This document shows, piece by piece, positions 11,245 through 21,259 of a stretch of 64,000 nt of DNA. How positions within the stretch are numbered: position 1 is the first letter of the stretch; the number at the start of each line of letters is the position of its first letter. This DNA is from Minisyncoccota bacterium (GTDB taxonomy: Bacteria; Patescibacteriota; Minisyncoccia; JAHIHE01; JAGLIN01). Made by a program: the position numbers and the translations under genes. The stretch is taken from the NCBI GenBank assembly GCA_028690055.1, contig JAQVBZ010000005.1:379-64378 (forward strand), in the 5' to 3' direction. The notes beneath the pieces were generated by a model, which saw nothing but the letters and a program-made list of their open reading frames with translations, did no database searches and was not told where the DNA came from.

Positions 11245-13932
11245 TTACATCGCTCCTAATTTCTCCTCGATCTTCGCCAGTTTCTCCATACTCTCACTCA
11301 ACTTGCCCTTCTCCGCCTCGATAATATTGTCCGGGGCCTTTGAAACAAAAGTCTCATTTCCCAGTTTCTTTTGAAGGTTGCTCACAAAAGCAGTGAGATT
11401 CTGCTTTTCTTTCAAAAGATTCTGCTTTTCTTTCTCCATATCCACCAGCCCCTCGAGAGAAACATAAATTTCCACACCCGACAAGACCGCTACTGCCATT
11501 CCTTCTTTCTTGGCAAAAGTTTCCGCGACTTCCAAATCTTCCACCCGGCCTAAAAATTTTATGATCTCAACTTGAGCCACGATCAGGTCTTTCTTCTCCA
11601 CCGAAACGATTACGACTTTCACTTTTTTCTTAGGCTCGATCTTATATTCCGCGCGGATATTGCGGATGCCGGTTATTATATCTTTAACAATTTCAAAATT
11701 CGCCTTCGTGTCCTCCTTTTGCAAAGCAACCGTTTCCGGCCATTTCTGCACCATCAGTAGCTCCCCTGTTTCAAAGTCTTTCCAGATTTCCTCCGTAACA
11801 TATGGCGCAAAGGGGTGCAGAACAATAAGCAATCTTTCTAGAACATACAATAATATCTCGTCTTTGCTTCCCTCGACTTTGGCAATCTCCAGATACCAAT
11901 CAGCCAACTTGCTCCAAGTGAAATCATAAATCTCTTCGCCTGCGGCAGAGAATCTGAAATTTTCCAGATTATCCTTTACGTCGGAAATCAAATGATCCGT
12001 CTCTCCCAAAATCCACTCATCCGCCAAAGTTTTCGCCTCAGGACGCATCTCAACACGCTGCACATTTTCCACGCTCATCAAGATATAGCGCGACACGTTC
12101 CAGACTTTGTTCACAAAATTTCGATAAGTCTCAATCTTCTCTTCATAGACCTTGAGGTCATTCCCCGGCGTCGAACCGATGATAAGACTGAGCCTGAGCG
12201 CATCCGTACCGTATTTCTCAATCATCTCAAGCGGATCAATCCCGTTTCCCAGCGACTTGCTCATCTTCTTGCCTTCCTTATCGCGGAGCATCCCATGCAA
12301 ATAGACATTCTCAAAAGGAACTTCGCCCAATACATAAGTCGTCATCAAAATCATACGAGCAACCCAAAAAGGAAGAATATCATAACCAGTTTCCAAAACA
12401 CTGGTCGGATGATATTTCAAAAGGTCCGGACTGTTTTCCACCCATTCATCGAAGTTGGCATATTTCGCAAAGTCCTTGTCCATCAGCGTCGAAAAAGTCC
12501 ACGCGCCGGATGAGAACCAAGTATCGAAGGTGTCGGAATCCTGCCGCAAATGAGAGCCCTGACACTTGGAACAACCAGCCGCCTCGTCTTTTTGCAGAAC
12601 CACCCCTCCGCAATCCTCGCAATACGAAACCGGGATCCGATGTCCGAACCAGAGCTGACGGGAAACGCACCAGTCGCGCAGATTCTCCACCCAGCTAAAA
12701 TACGTCTTCTCGAATCTCTCGGGGATAATCTTGATCTCCCCTTCCTGCACGACCCGCAGCATCACCTCCTTGAGAGATTTGTCCTGGAAATATTTATTAC
12801 CGTCCTTGGTAATCTTTTTATTGACATCGATAAACCATTGTAGCGACGGCAAAGGTTCGATGGCAGCATTGCAACGATAGCAGACGCTCAAATTCTGCGG
12901 TACTTCTTCTTCTTTTTCCATCAACCCCTGATCACGAAAATGCTTCGCAATCTTTTCTCTTGCCTCCAGTGTGGTCAGTCCCTCATAATCCTTGCCCGCC
13001 TCCGCTGTCATCTTGCCGTCCTCACCGATAACTTTGATGGTCGGCAGATCATTTTCCGTCGCCATCTGAAAATCCGCCATACTGTGCGCCGGCGTCACGC
13101 CCAAAGCCCCCGTCCCGAAAGCCATATCGACAGTCCAGTCGGCAATAATTCTGATTTCGTGCTCGCCGTTTCCCAGATCGATCTTATAAGTTTTGCCGAT
13201 AAATTCCTTGTAGCGATCGTCTTTAGGATTGACCGCCACCGCCACATCGCCCAGCTTGGTTTCGGGCCTGGTAGTCGCGATGGTAATCGGAAAATCTTTT
13301 TGATATTTGAAATAATAAAATTTGCCTTCTTTCTCTTCATGCTCCACCTCGTCATCAGCAAGCGTTGACTCGCACCGCGGGCACCAGTTCACGATCCGAT
13401 TACCCCGATAGATGAGACCGTCTTCATACATCATCGTAAAAACTTGCCGCACCACTTCCGACAATCCCTCATCCAACGTGTACCGCTCGCGCGACCAATC
13501 GCACGAAGACCCCATCTTACGTACCTGCTCGCGGATGGTATCCCTCGAACCCTCGACATATTCGTGCACACGTTCCAAAAATTTCTCCCGTCCCAAATCA
13601 TATTTAGTCAGTCCTTCCTTAGCGATGTTTTTTTCCACTTTGGTCTGTGTGGCGATGGAAGCATGATCCGTCCCCGGCAACCACATTGTCTGCTTCTGCT
13701 CCAAACGATTGAATCTGACCATCAGATCCTGATAGGCAAGCATCGAAGCATGTCCCAAGTGCAAAATTCCCGTCGCATTTGGTGGCGGCATAGAAATCAC
13801 AAATTTCTCGGGCGTTTTACCCTCCCCCGCACATGGCAAATTATCAGGATTAAAAAATCCGGACTCTTCCCACTCCTTATAAATCTTATCTTCCACTTCC
13901 TGTGGCTGATATGCCTTCGGTATCTCACGCAT
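11245..13932 (-). CDS. valS: Valine--tRNA ligase
   Basis: PPPNATG-HLGH, DWCVSRQLWFGH, KMSKS and C-terminal coiled arm. Confidence 0.98.
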   Translation of the reverse strand: MREIPKAYQPQEVEDKIYKEWEESGFFNPDNLPCAGEGKTPEKFVISMPPPNATGILHLGHASMLAYQDLMVRFNRLEQKQTMWLPGTDHASIATQTKVEKNIAKEGLTKYDLGREKFLERVHEYVEGSRDTIREQVRKMGSSCDWSRERYTLDEGLSEVVRQVFTMMYEDGLIYRGNRIVNWCPRCESTLADDEVEHEEKEGKFYYFKYQKDFPITIATTRPETKLGDVAVAVNPKDDRYKEFIGKTYKIDLGNGEHEIRIIADWTVDMAFGTGALGVTPAHSMADFQMATENDLPTIKVIGEDGKMTAEAGKDYEGLTTLEAREKIAKHFRDQGLMEKEEEVPQNLSVCYRCNAAIEPLPSLQWFIDVNKKITKDGNKYFQDKSLKEVMLRVVQEGEIKIIPERFEKTYFSWVENLRDWCVSRQLWFGHRIPVSYCEDCGGVVLQKDEAAGCSKCQGSHLRQDSDTFDTWFSSGAWTFSTLMDKDFAKYANFDEWVENSPDLLKYHPTSVLETGYDILPFWVARMILMTTYVLGEVPFENVYLHGMLRDKEGKKMSKSLGNGIDPLEMIEKYGTDALRLSLIIGSTPGNDLKVYEEKIETYRNFVNKVWNVSRYILMSVENVQRVEMRPEAKTLADEWILGETDHLISDVKDNLENFRFSAAGEEIYDFTWSKLADWYLEIAKVEGSKDEILLYVLERLLIVLHPFAPYVTEEIWKDFETGELLMVQKWPETVALQKEDTKANFEIVKDIITGIRNIRAEYKIEPKKKVKVVIVSVEKKDLIVAQVEIIKFLGRVEDLEVAETFAKKEGMAVAVLSGVEIYVSLEGLVDMEKEKQNLLKEKQNLTAFVSNLQKKLGNETFVSKAPDNIIEAEKGKLSESMEKLAKIEEKLGAM

Positions 13933-14070
13933 AAATGTAATATGATTATATTTTTCTTAAAAGTGCTTCATAAAGCCATATTAACACACGCTCTTGCGTT
14001 AGGAAAGAGGGTTTGCGCAAAAAGAAGGACGGCCCCTACAGAATCGAAAGGACTGTCCTTGCAAAAGTTT

Positions 14071-14681
14071 CTACGAAAAAATCAGGAACAGCCATAACGT
14101 TACCGGTTGTTTATAAAGAAGATGATACGACTCAAGGACTGATCGGGGACGAGAGAGATGTTGCCTCTCTATCAAGTACGACTTCACTGTTAATTCCATA
14201 TTTTTTAGACAACAAAATACTGTCCTTTTGATTGCCGTCGCCTTTTGAGCGATATTACCCTTTAAGGTAATAGTCTTAGATTCCCCTTTCGACAAAAATA
14301 TTGAAGTATCAAAAATTATCTTATTATCATCGATAGAACCTACCGCAAAAATTTGTTATCCGAATAAAGATAGGCCGTATCCGGATTGATATCTTTTAGA
14401 TACGAAACGGAGCTGGTCATATTAAGGCCTATTAACTTGATAGCGGTTACCGTGCCGAGATTTGAAAGATCGGCTGAAACTTCTTCATTTTCTCGATTTC
14501 AGTAGCAGAGGTCTTTGACATCTCGACATTCAGTGTGTCAGGAATGGACAAAAGGATATCCACGCTCGCATAAGCTTCATTGATGTCTGAATTGATTCCG
14601 ACGGTTTGGAACATAAAAAATAAATCTAAACATAGTAGGCTTAATATTCCGACCCCCGAGGATTTTTTTGTTTTTGATCAT
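14071..14681 (-). pseudogene. Fragmented gene for a secreted/surface protein
   Basis: MIKNKKIL, then a frameshift into a signal-peptide-like VGILSLLCLDLFFMFQ...EAYAS, with further broken fragments such as SKGESKTITLKGNIA. Extent is approximate. Confidence 0.45.
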
Positions 14682-14842
14682 TTTTGTTTCTTCCTTTTTT
14701 AGGATTGCGTGACACCTCGTGTTTTTATGTCTTCGTAATAGCATAAATAACGGTATAAATCGACACAGTTCACCCCCTATCGACAAGCACGGCAGTTAAA
14801 TATCCGAATCAAGGTTAAAAAGAGGTGCGAGAATCTATATCC

Positions 14843-14942
14843 GGAGTAGCGGATTTTGGCCTGCCTCCACGATACCATAAGCTAGATCTACAGAGAGCTA
14901 CTCACTCATAGGACAGCCGCTCGAGATAAATTCCGCTGCTCC
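14843..14942. repeat. GTAG-type REP doublet, degenerate copy
   Basis: GGAGTAGCGGATTT ... GGACAGCCGCTCGAGATAAATTCCGCTGCTCC matches both arms of the other copies. Confidence 0.65.
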
Positions 14943-15146
14943 CAAAACGTATAATCGATTTTTTTATTTATTAGAATTACGTGACGTCGCTAAAGTATAG
15001 GCTTAAAATAAGAACAGAATCATTCTCCCATGAACACATATCCGAATAAAAAATCTTTTCCCCAAGAAACTACTCTTATGTCTATTTACACCAACAAAAA
15101 AGGCACAAGCTATTGTGCCCCCTGCAAATTCAAAAACAAAGATATT

Positions 15147-15809
15147 TTATTCCACCTCAAACGACTCAAGTATTTTTTTCTCTTCCTCTGTCAGACTCCC
15201 CTTATCCGCGCGGTATGTAAAGCTGATTTCATACAAGCGCCCGTCTTTCTCGATATATTTTCCGTAAGAATCCCCTTCACCGCTCACGATTACCTCCATT
15301 GTTTGCACTCCGTTCAGTCCCGCCTCGGTAATTCGAGTAATGTTTGGATCTTTACCGATAAGTTCTCTCATCGTTGTTGCTCCGTATCCGTTTGCCTTGT
15401 TGATAGATGACTCGGCGACTGTCGGCGCATAATGCACGATGACATCTGCTACAGGTTCTACGGTCTCACCCTCGACAACCCCGGATTCCATACGAGCATT
15501 TTCCATCGTCTCCGGACTGGTCAATTTCACGATAGTATTTCCGTATTCGTCCTTGTCCTCTTTGACAGTCCAGTTTTCGGGATAGTCCAGATTGAATTTT
15601 TCTTCCTTATTATCATAAAGCTGCCAGACGATTCCGCTATCCGCCACCGTTTCTGTCTGCATATTTTCAGCCGCATTTTCATTTTCCCCAACCGCCTTCT
15701 CCCCGCCTTCGCTCGCGCTGTTATCAGTAAAAAAAATTATAAGCAATGTAAGTGCACCCAAGAGGATTATAGAGGCGATATAAATTTTTTTCGTCTTTTT
15801 CATAGACAT
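15147..15809 (-). CDS. Membrane-anchored PsbP-like exported protein
   Basis: N-terminal TM, WQLYDN..FNLDYPENW motif and C-terminal ILESFE, typical of PsbP-related domains. Confidence 0.65.
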   Translation of the reverse strand: MSMKKTKKIYIASIILLGALTLLIIFFTDNSASEGGEKAVGENENAAENMQTETVADSGIVWQLYDNKEEKFNLDYPENWTVKEDKDEYGNTIVKLTSPETMENARMESGVVEGETVEPVADVIVHYAPTVAESSINKANGYGATTMRELIGKDPNITRITEAGLNGVQTMEVIVSGEGDSYGKYIEKDGRLYEISFTYRADKGSLTEEEKKILESFEVE

Positions 15810-15945
15810 TTCTTTAATTTATCTTATTTATATTTTAGCACAAAAAAACCTCGCGACAAATCGCAAGGTTTATTGTATTGAGCCGACTATATTTATAGCC
15901 GTTAATATTCACAAAACGTCAGATAGAATCCATCAATTCTGCCTT

Positions 15946-18900
15946 TTACTTCAGCTCTCCCCCATTCTGATACCAGTTGAATTCAGTTTCATTTACAGAA
16001 AGAACGTAATTCCAATTGAGCTGGTATTTATTGAAAATCGTAGGGTTAGGGATACGCTTCTTAATATTGTTCTCAACGAGATAGACGTCATTAGATCCTT
16101 CTAGTTTGACAAGGTTGGAAATAGGATAAGCATCTATTTCGTTTTTAGAGACGATCTGGACATCTTCCCATCTGTCATTGTAAGAGTTGAAGATCTCCGC
16201 AGTGGGGATGTGTTTACGAACCCCCTCTGGGTTAATATAGTAGACTTCTTCTTTGCCTGATTCTCTAATGAGATAGACGTCTTGATATTTATTGAAGATC
16301 GAGTCATCTACGTCTTTTACATCATCCCAACTGAAACCATAGTTCAGGAATATATCAGGATTGGGAATGTGACGTTTGGTACCGTTGGTTACCAGATAAA
16401 TTTTGAAGTCATCTATCAGACGGATTAGATTATCTTCAATGTCCTCAAGAGTATTCAACGTTTCTTCGGCAATAGTCTGAACTTCTGTCCATTGATAGCC
16501 CAATTGCTCGAATACTTCCGGGGTGCTAATCCATTTTTTCTCACCACCCACGATGACATATATCTTGGGAGAATCAGGAATCTTGATGAGAGTACCATCA
16601 GGATAATTACCGCCATTACCGTCTTCATTCTTATAGCTGGCAGTAAGGATCACAGGCAGAGAAGGCATCGTCACTGTGGTAGTGGCAGAGTTGATATCGG
16701 AAACAAAAGAAGTATTTCCTGTCCATCTATTGAATATTTTACCGTCAGTAGGCGTGTCAGCGGTAATCGTAATCGTTGTGCCGGGAGCATAAGAGCCTTC
16801 GCCGGAACCGTTATTAACCGTGAGAAGATATTCACCTTGAGGAGACTCCGTATATGTAGCAACGAGAGTTATATCCTCTTCAGGCATCGTAACAGTGGCA
16901 GTCTCTTTGGTTACATCATCGACATGACTTGTGTCACCAACCCATTTGATGAACACCCTGCCGGCATCGATATCTTTGGCAGTGATGTTAATTTTTGTAC
17001 CGGGGAGATAATCATTGCCTCCAAAACCACTTGAAACTGTAAGTTTGAAAGTCTCTCTGTCGGATTTCCTGAAAGTGGCAACAAGAATGATACTATGATC
17101 AGGAATGGTGACCACGGCGGTCGGACTGTAGATATCAGAAATATAAGCGGTGTCTCTGGTCCATTTGTAGAAAGTTAATCCCCTATAAGGTGACTTGGCG
17201 GTAATGGTAACTTTTGTGCCCACAGGATAAGTTCCGTCGCCAGAACCGTAGCCTATCATCAAAAAGCTGGTAGCGGAATTATCAGGAACATCAGAGTCTT
17301 TGTAAGTAGCAGTGAGAGTAATCGCTTTGGCTGGCATCGTGACTGTGGTAGTTAACGATGTTGTACTGTCTATATAAGAAGTGCTGCCTGTCCATTTGTC
17401 GAACACTTTACCTGTAGCGGGATTATCGGCGGTAATCACCACTTCTTCCCCTTGAGCGTATGAGCCATCGCCCGCTCCATTATTGACAGTAAGAGCATAG
17501 GTAGAAACAGCGGCATTTTTATAGGTGGCTACCAGAGTTATAGATGAAGCCGGCATCGTCACCGTAGTGGTTGCGGCTGTCGTACTGACAATAGAAGAAG
17601 TGCTGCCTGTCCATTTGTCGAATACTTTGCCCGTAGCGGGAGTATCAGCCTTGATGGTAACTTGCGTGCCTGCGGCGTAAGAACCGTCTCCTGTTCCATT
17701 GGTAACGACAAGTGAATATTTGGTAGCATCTTTGTAGGTAGCAGTTAAAGTGGTGGCTGCAGCCGGCATCGTCACCGTGGTGGTTGCGGATGTCGTACTG
17801 GCAACAGAAGAAGTGCTGCCTGTCCATTTGTCGAACACTTTACCTGTAGCGGGAGCGTCAGCAGTAATAGTGACTTGCGTGTTTGCAGGATAAGAACCGT
17901 CGCCTGTTCCATTATTAACGGTAAGAGAGTAAGTGGCGGTAGTGCTATTCTTGTAGGTGGCAGTTAAAGTTATAGCTGATCCCGGCATCGTTACTATGGT
18001 TGTGGCGGAAGTGGCGCTAGTGATATATGAAGTGCTGCCTGTCCATTTGTCGAACACTTTACCTGTAGCGGGATTATCGGCGGTAATCACCACTTCTTCC
18101 CCCTCAGAGTACGAACCATCACCGGTACCGTTTGTTACCGTCAAAGTATATGTAGGGGCATCTTTATAGGTAGCGATTAAAGTGATGTCTGCAGCCGGCA
18201 TCGTCACCGTGGTGGTTGCGGATGTCGTACTGGCAACATATGAAGTGCTCCCCGTCCATTTGTCAAATATTTTACCCGCAGCCGGAGCATTGGCTGCGAT
18301 AGTTACTTTTGTGCCGGAAGCGTAGGCTCCATCGCCGGAACCGTTGGTTACGGTGAGAGCATAAGAAGAAGGAGCCGCGGTCTTATAGGTTGCGGTAAAA
18401 GATATATTTGCTGCGGGCATAGTAAACGTATTGGTGTATGAAGCCGCATTATCAAGATACTGAGTACTCCCCGTCCATTTGTCAAACTCTTTTCCGGAAG
18501 CAGGCAGATCGGCGATAATAGTCACCTCATCTCCCGCGGAATAGGTACCGTCACCCAAACCGTTATTTACCGTGACAGTATAAGTAGCGGGATTGGTCAC
18601 TCCTCCGCCACCTGTAGCCCCACTCGTACCTCCCGCTAACCCATCAATACCGATTTTACGTCCGGAAAACGCAGAAGCCAACGAGCCACTGCTGACGGTC
18701 CAATAAGTATTTCCCGCCTTATTAGATCCATATTTCTGAAAGACATACCCCGATGCAGTTTTAATATTATTCGAATCACTGCCTCCACCCACAGCCGTAC
18801 CTGCATTAATCATAATATTATGATGAGACGATGAACTGGAAGGTACGTAATTGATGGCATAAGGTAAATTCACAAACAGATTGTTGTAATATTCGTGCCC

Positions 18901-19839
18901 GCTTCCACTCGGACTCTGTCCCGGATAGCCTATGGCACCATAAGATCCGCTTGCGCCGGAAATATCGTGAAAATAATTGTTATAGATTTTAACATTTGAA
19001 AAACTATTTTGTAGTTCTAAGGCGGATCCACCACCGGAACCGGTATAGAATTCATTATTATACACATAGCAACCGTTGCCACTACCGGCACATCTCACCC
19101 CGGAATTGGTTCGCATAGCGACAATGTTGTTGTGAAACTTCAGATTGTAAATGCCGTATCCTTGGACAGCATCATGCCCTATCATATCAAAAACACTATT
19201 AGAAACTTCCATATCGTCACCTCCCGCCCTGATTCCGTCGTGCATCCCATTGGTAAATTTGACGTTATCAATAGTGACAAAAGTTGCCCAATAGACATCC
19301 ATAAGGTTAAATTCAGAACGCCCTCTATCATCGGCGCTACACGGATAATAGTCTCCGCAACTTCCATCAAGAGTAATGTTGGATATTGTTACGTCAGTGA
19401 CATCTCTCCACACGTTTATGATGCCTGCGTCACCGGCGCCACTATCGGTTCCTCCCCATCCTGTAGTTCCAGGACCCCCGTATGCCTTTGCCGTCAATCC
19501 AGCCGCTATTTTAAGTACCACTCCACTTCGGCTCTGTCCTTTAATGTCTACGTGTGACTTTGCTAAAATATGGCTGGCAACCTCGTAAGGTTTGGACGCG
19601 TTCTCGATATATACTACTCCCGGGTTACTACTCGTTGCTCCTGAAGCCGCCGCATTGATAGCATTGTTAATTACTGCGTAAGCATTGGTTCCGCTGGGAT
19701 TATAATAAAAATAAGTTGAGCTCGCCTTGCTTGCCGTCTGCCCGACTGTAACAGAAGCGGCAGAGGCCCCTGACGTAAAACCGAAGGAAAACAAAACAAA
19801 GAACAAGAACACAAGCAAACGAGATTTGAAACTTCTCAT
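15946..19839 (-). CDS. Large surface protein: signal peptide, right-handed beta-helix, nine ~70-aa B-repeat-like domains, four C-terminal ~50-aa repeats
   Basis: Repeat consensus YxLTVxNGxGDGxY...FDKWTG...TVTMP...LTATYK (9 copies). C-terminal consensus LIK...VY.I..G.K..I...F...GY.W..V (4 copies). ATG start at 19839 preferred. Confidence 0.85.
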   Translation of the reverse strand: MRSFKSRLLVFLFFVLFSFGFTSGASAASVTVGQTASKASSTYFYYNPSGTNAYAVINNAINAAASGATSSNPGVVYIENASKPYEVASHILAKSHVDIKGQSRSGVVLKIAAGLTAKAYGGPGTTGWGGTDSGAGDAGIINVWRDVTDVTISNITLDGSCGDYYPCSADDRGRSEFNLMDVYWATFVTIDNVKFTNGMHDGIRAGGDDMEVSNSVFDMIGHDAVQGYGIYNLKFHNNIVAMRTNSGVRCAGSGNGCYVYNNEFYTGSGGGSALELQNSFSNVKIYNNYFHDISGASGSYGAIGYPGQSPSGSGHEYYNNLFVNLPYAINYVPSSSSSHHNIMINAGTAVGGGSDSNNIKTASGYVFQKYGSNKAGNTYWTVSSGSLASAFSGRKIGIDGLAGGTSGATGGGGVTNPATYTVTVNNGLGDGTYSAGDEVTIIADLPASGKEFDKWTGSTQYLDNAASYTNTFTMPAANISFTATYKTAAPSSYALTVTNGSGDGAYASGTKVTIAANAPAAGKIFDKWTGSTSYVASTTSATTTVTMPAADITLIATYKDAPTYTLTVTNGTGDGSYSEGEEVVITADNPATGKVFDKWTGSTSYITSATSATTIVTMPGSAITLTATYKNSTTATYSLTVNNGTGDGSYPANTQVTITADAPATGKVFDKWTGSTSSVASTTSATTTVTMPAAATTLTATYKDATKYSLVVTNGTGDGSYAAGTQVTIKADTPATGKVFDKWTGSTSSIVSTTAATTTVTMPASSITLVATYKNAAVSTYALTVNNGAGDGSYAQGEEVVITADNPATGKVFDKWTGSTSYIDSTTSLTTTVTMPAKAITLTATYKDSDVPDNSATSFLMIGYGSGDGTYPVGTKVTITAKSPYRGLTFYKWTRDTAYISDIYSPTAVVTIPDHSIILVATFRKSDRETFKLTVSSGFGGNDYLPGTKINITAKDIDAGRVFIKWVGDTSHVDDVTKETATVTMPEEDITLVATYTESPQGEYLLTVNNGSGEGSYAPGTTITITADTPTDGKIFNRWTGNTSFVSDINSATTTVTMPSLPVILTASYKNEDGNGGNYPDGTLIKIPDSPKIYVIVGGEKKWISTPEVFEQLGYQWTEVQTIAEETLNTLEDIEDNLIRLIDDFKIYLVTNGTKRHIPNPDIFLNYGFSWDDVKDVDDSIFNKYQDVYLIRESGKEEVYYINPEGVRKHIPTAEIFNSYNDRWEDVQIVSKNEIDAYPISNLVKLEGSNDVYLVENNIKKRIPNPTIFNKYQLNWNYVLSVNETEFNWYQNGGELK

Positions 19840-20552
19840 AGTCAATGAATTATTTTTTTTAATCGAACACTATATAAAAATGTACTTAAATTGGAAAACG
19901 AACTTTTGAATATTTAGAAAAAGACATCCTGCCACTTAAGGACAAAAAGTCTTTTCTAGAAAATTCTGAATATCAGTATGTGATGTCCGGGTCTATTATA
20001 TAATCGAATAATAAAGCACCTTATTTTTTTATATAAACATTTATATTCTAACTTACATCAGTATTATAACATAATTAAATCCCATAACAAGACCGATGCA
20101 AAGCACGCCACAAAATTAAATATTTTATCGAATATCAGCTCCAAAAAAAATTAAGATTTTACCATTTACGAAAAGCTTGTATTGCTATAAGTCGTAAACA
20201 ACGAAAGAAGGTGAAGTGAGAACATCGGATTTGCATACGGACACCCAAAGCTGAGTCTGATACTGATATTTTTCTTAGCCATAATGGGCTGCGCGGCTCT
20301 GATCTATAAATCATTAACCTGAGAAATAACATATTCCCCCAAGTCTTTATTTGCCTATCGGCCGTTTTGGACACCAATAAATTCAAGATAACCCCGTTGA
20401 TTAAATTATTCATATTATAAAAAACTATCAAACCGGACAATTTTACTTATACGACTTTGTTTCCACACAAAAACGCCCTACGGACTACCGCATGGCGTTT
20501 TATCGATCCGGACCCGGTTCGTAAAAAAATTATCGCTCTATTTTGATTCCGA

Positions 20553-21060
20553 TTACATAGAATTCCTATCAACCGTATTGATTCCATATAGACCGGCAAT
20601 ATCGAAAGTCCACTCAGGATTACCATAGCCTTCGAACCCCCCTTTCACTCCCGTGCCACCCTGAGATTCCAGTCTCCGAACCTTATTTTCACCCGCCACG
20701 AAAGCATGATCCGAAGTGACACAAGAATCCTTCACCATGTCATTTACGATCAGGATATTTTCCCACTTGAGATGTCCATAGCTCTTGAAAACCGACGGAC
20801 TCAATATCAAACGTTTGAATCTCTTGTTGTTTTTTGTATTTGGCAATATAGACATCGATACCGACTTCATTACGCATAACCGCCACTGAAAAGCCTGACC
20901 GGATAGTCATAGGCTGCATTGTACTCATGCTTGTACCAATCCCAGTCTTGAATCGACATATCTTTATCGTTCAGCCAATTATAATCCGCCCCATCCTGAG
21001 CTCTTGCCCCTTGAATAAGAGATAGACCCAAGAGCCCTGCCCCTCAAGCCATAATTACCA
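20553..21060 (-). pseudogene. Probable degraded gene fragments
   Basis: Overlapping short protein-like ORFs in different frames on the same strand, followed by a terminator-like hairpin at ~20470-20501. Confidence 0.3.
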
Positions 21061-21259
21061 GAATACTCGACACGGTTTGTTTTTTTATTTTTATTGTTCA
21101 AATATTTTAAAAAGATCCACCAGCTATTTAGATTGGCTATATGATAACGCGAGATAGGAAAAATCAAGAGAACGTGATAACGAAAAGGATGGTCCTTTCG
21201 ATTCTGTAAGGACAATCCTTGCCCCGCATTTTGAAAGATGATTATCTTTATATTGAAAC

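Noticed and set aside
13933-14070. T-box leader upstream of valS
   Set aside because: No T-box consensus (AAxxxGGGTGGxACCGCG-like) or specifier stem found on the minus strand.
16630-18582. Regularly spaced DNA repeats as a CRISPR array
   Set aside because: The period is ~210 bp, in frame inside a protein, with no unique spacers of CRISPR size and no cas genes.
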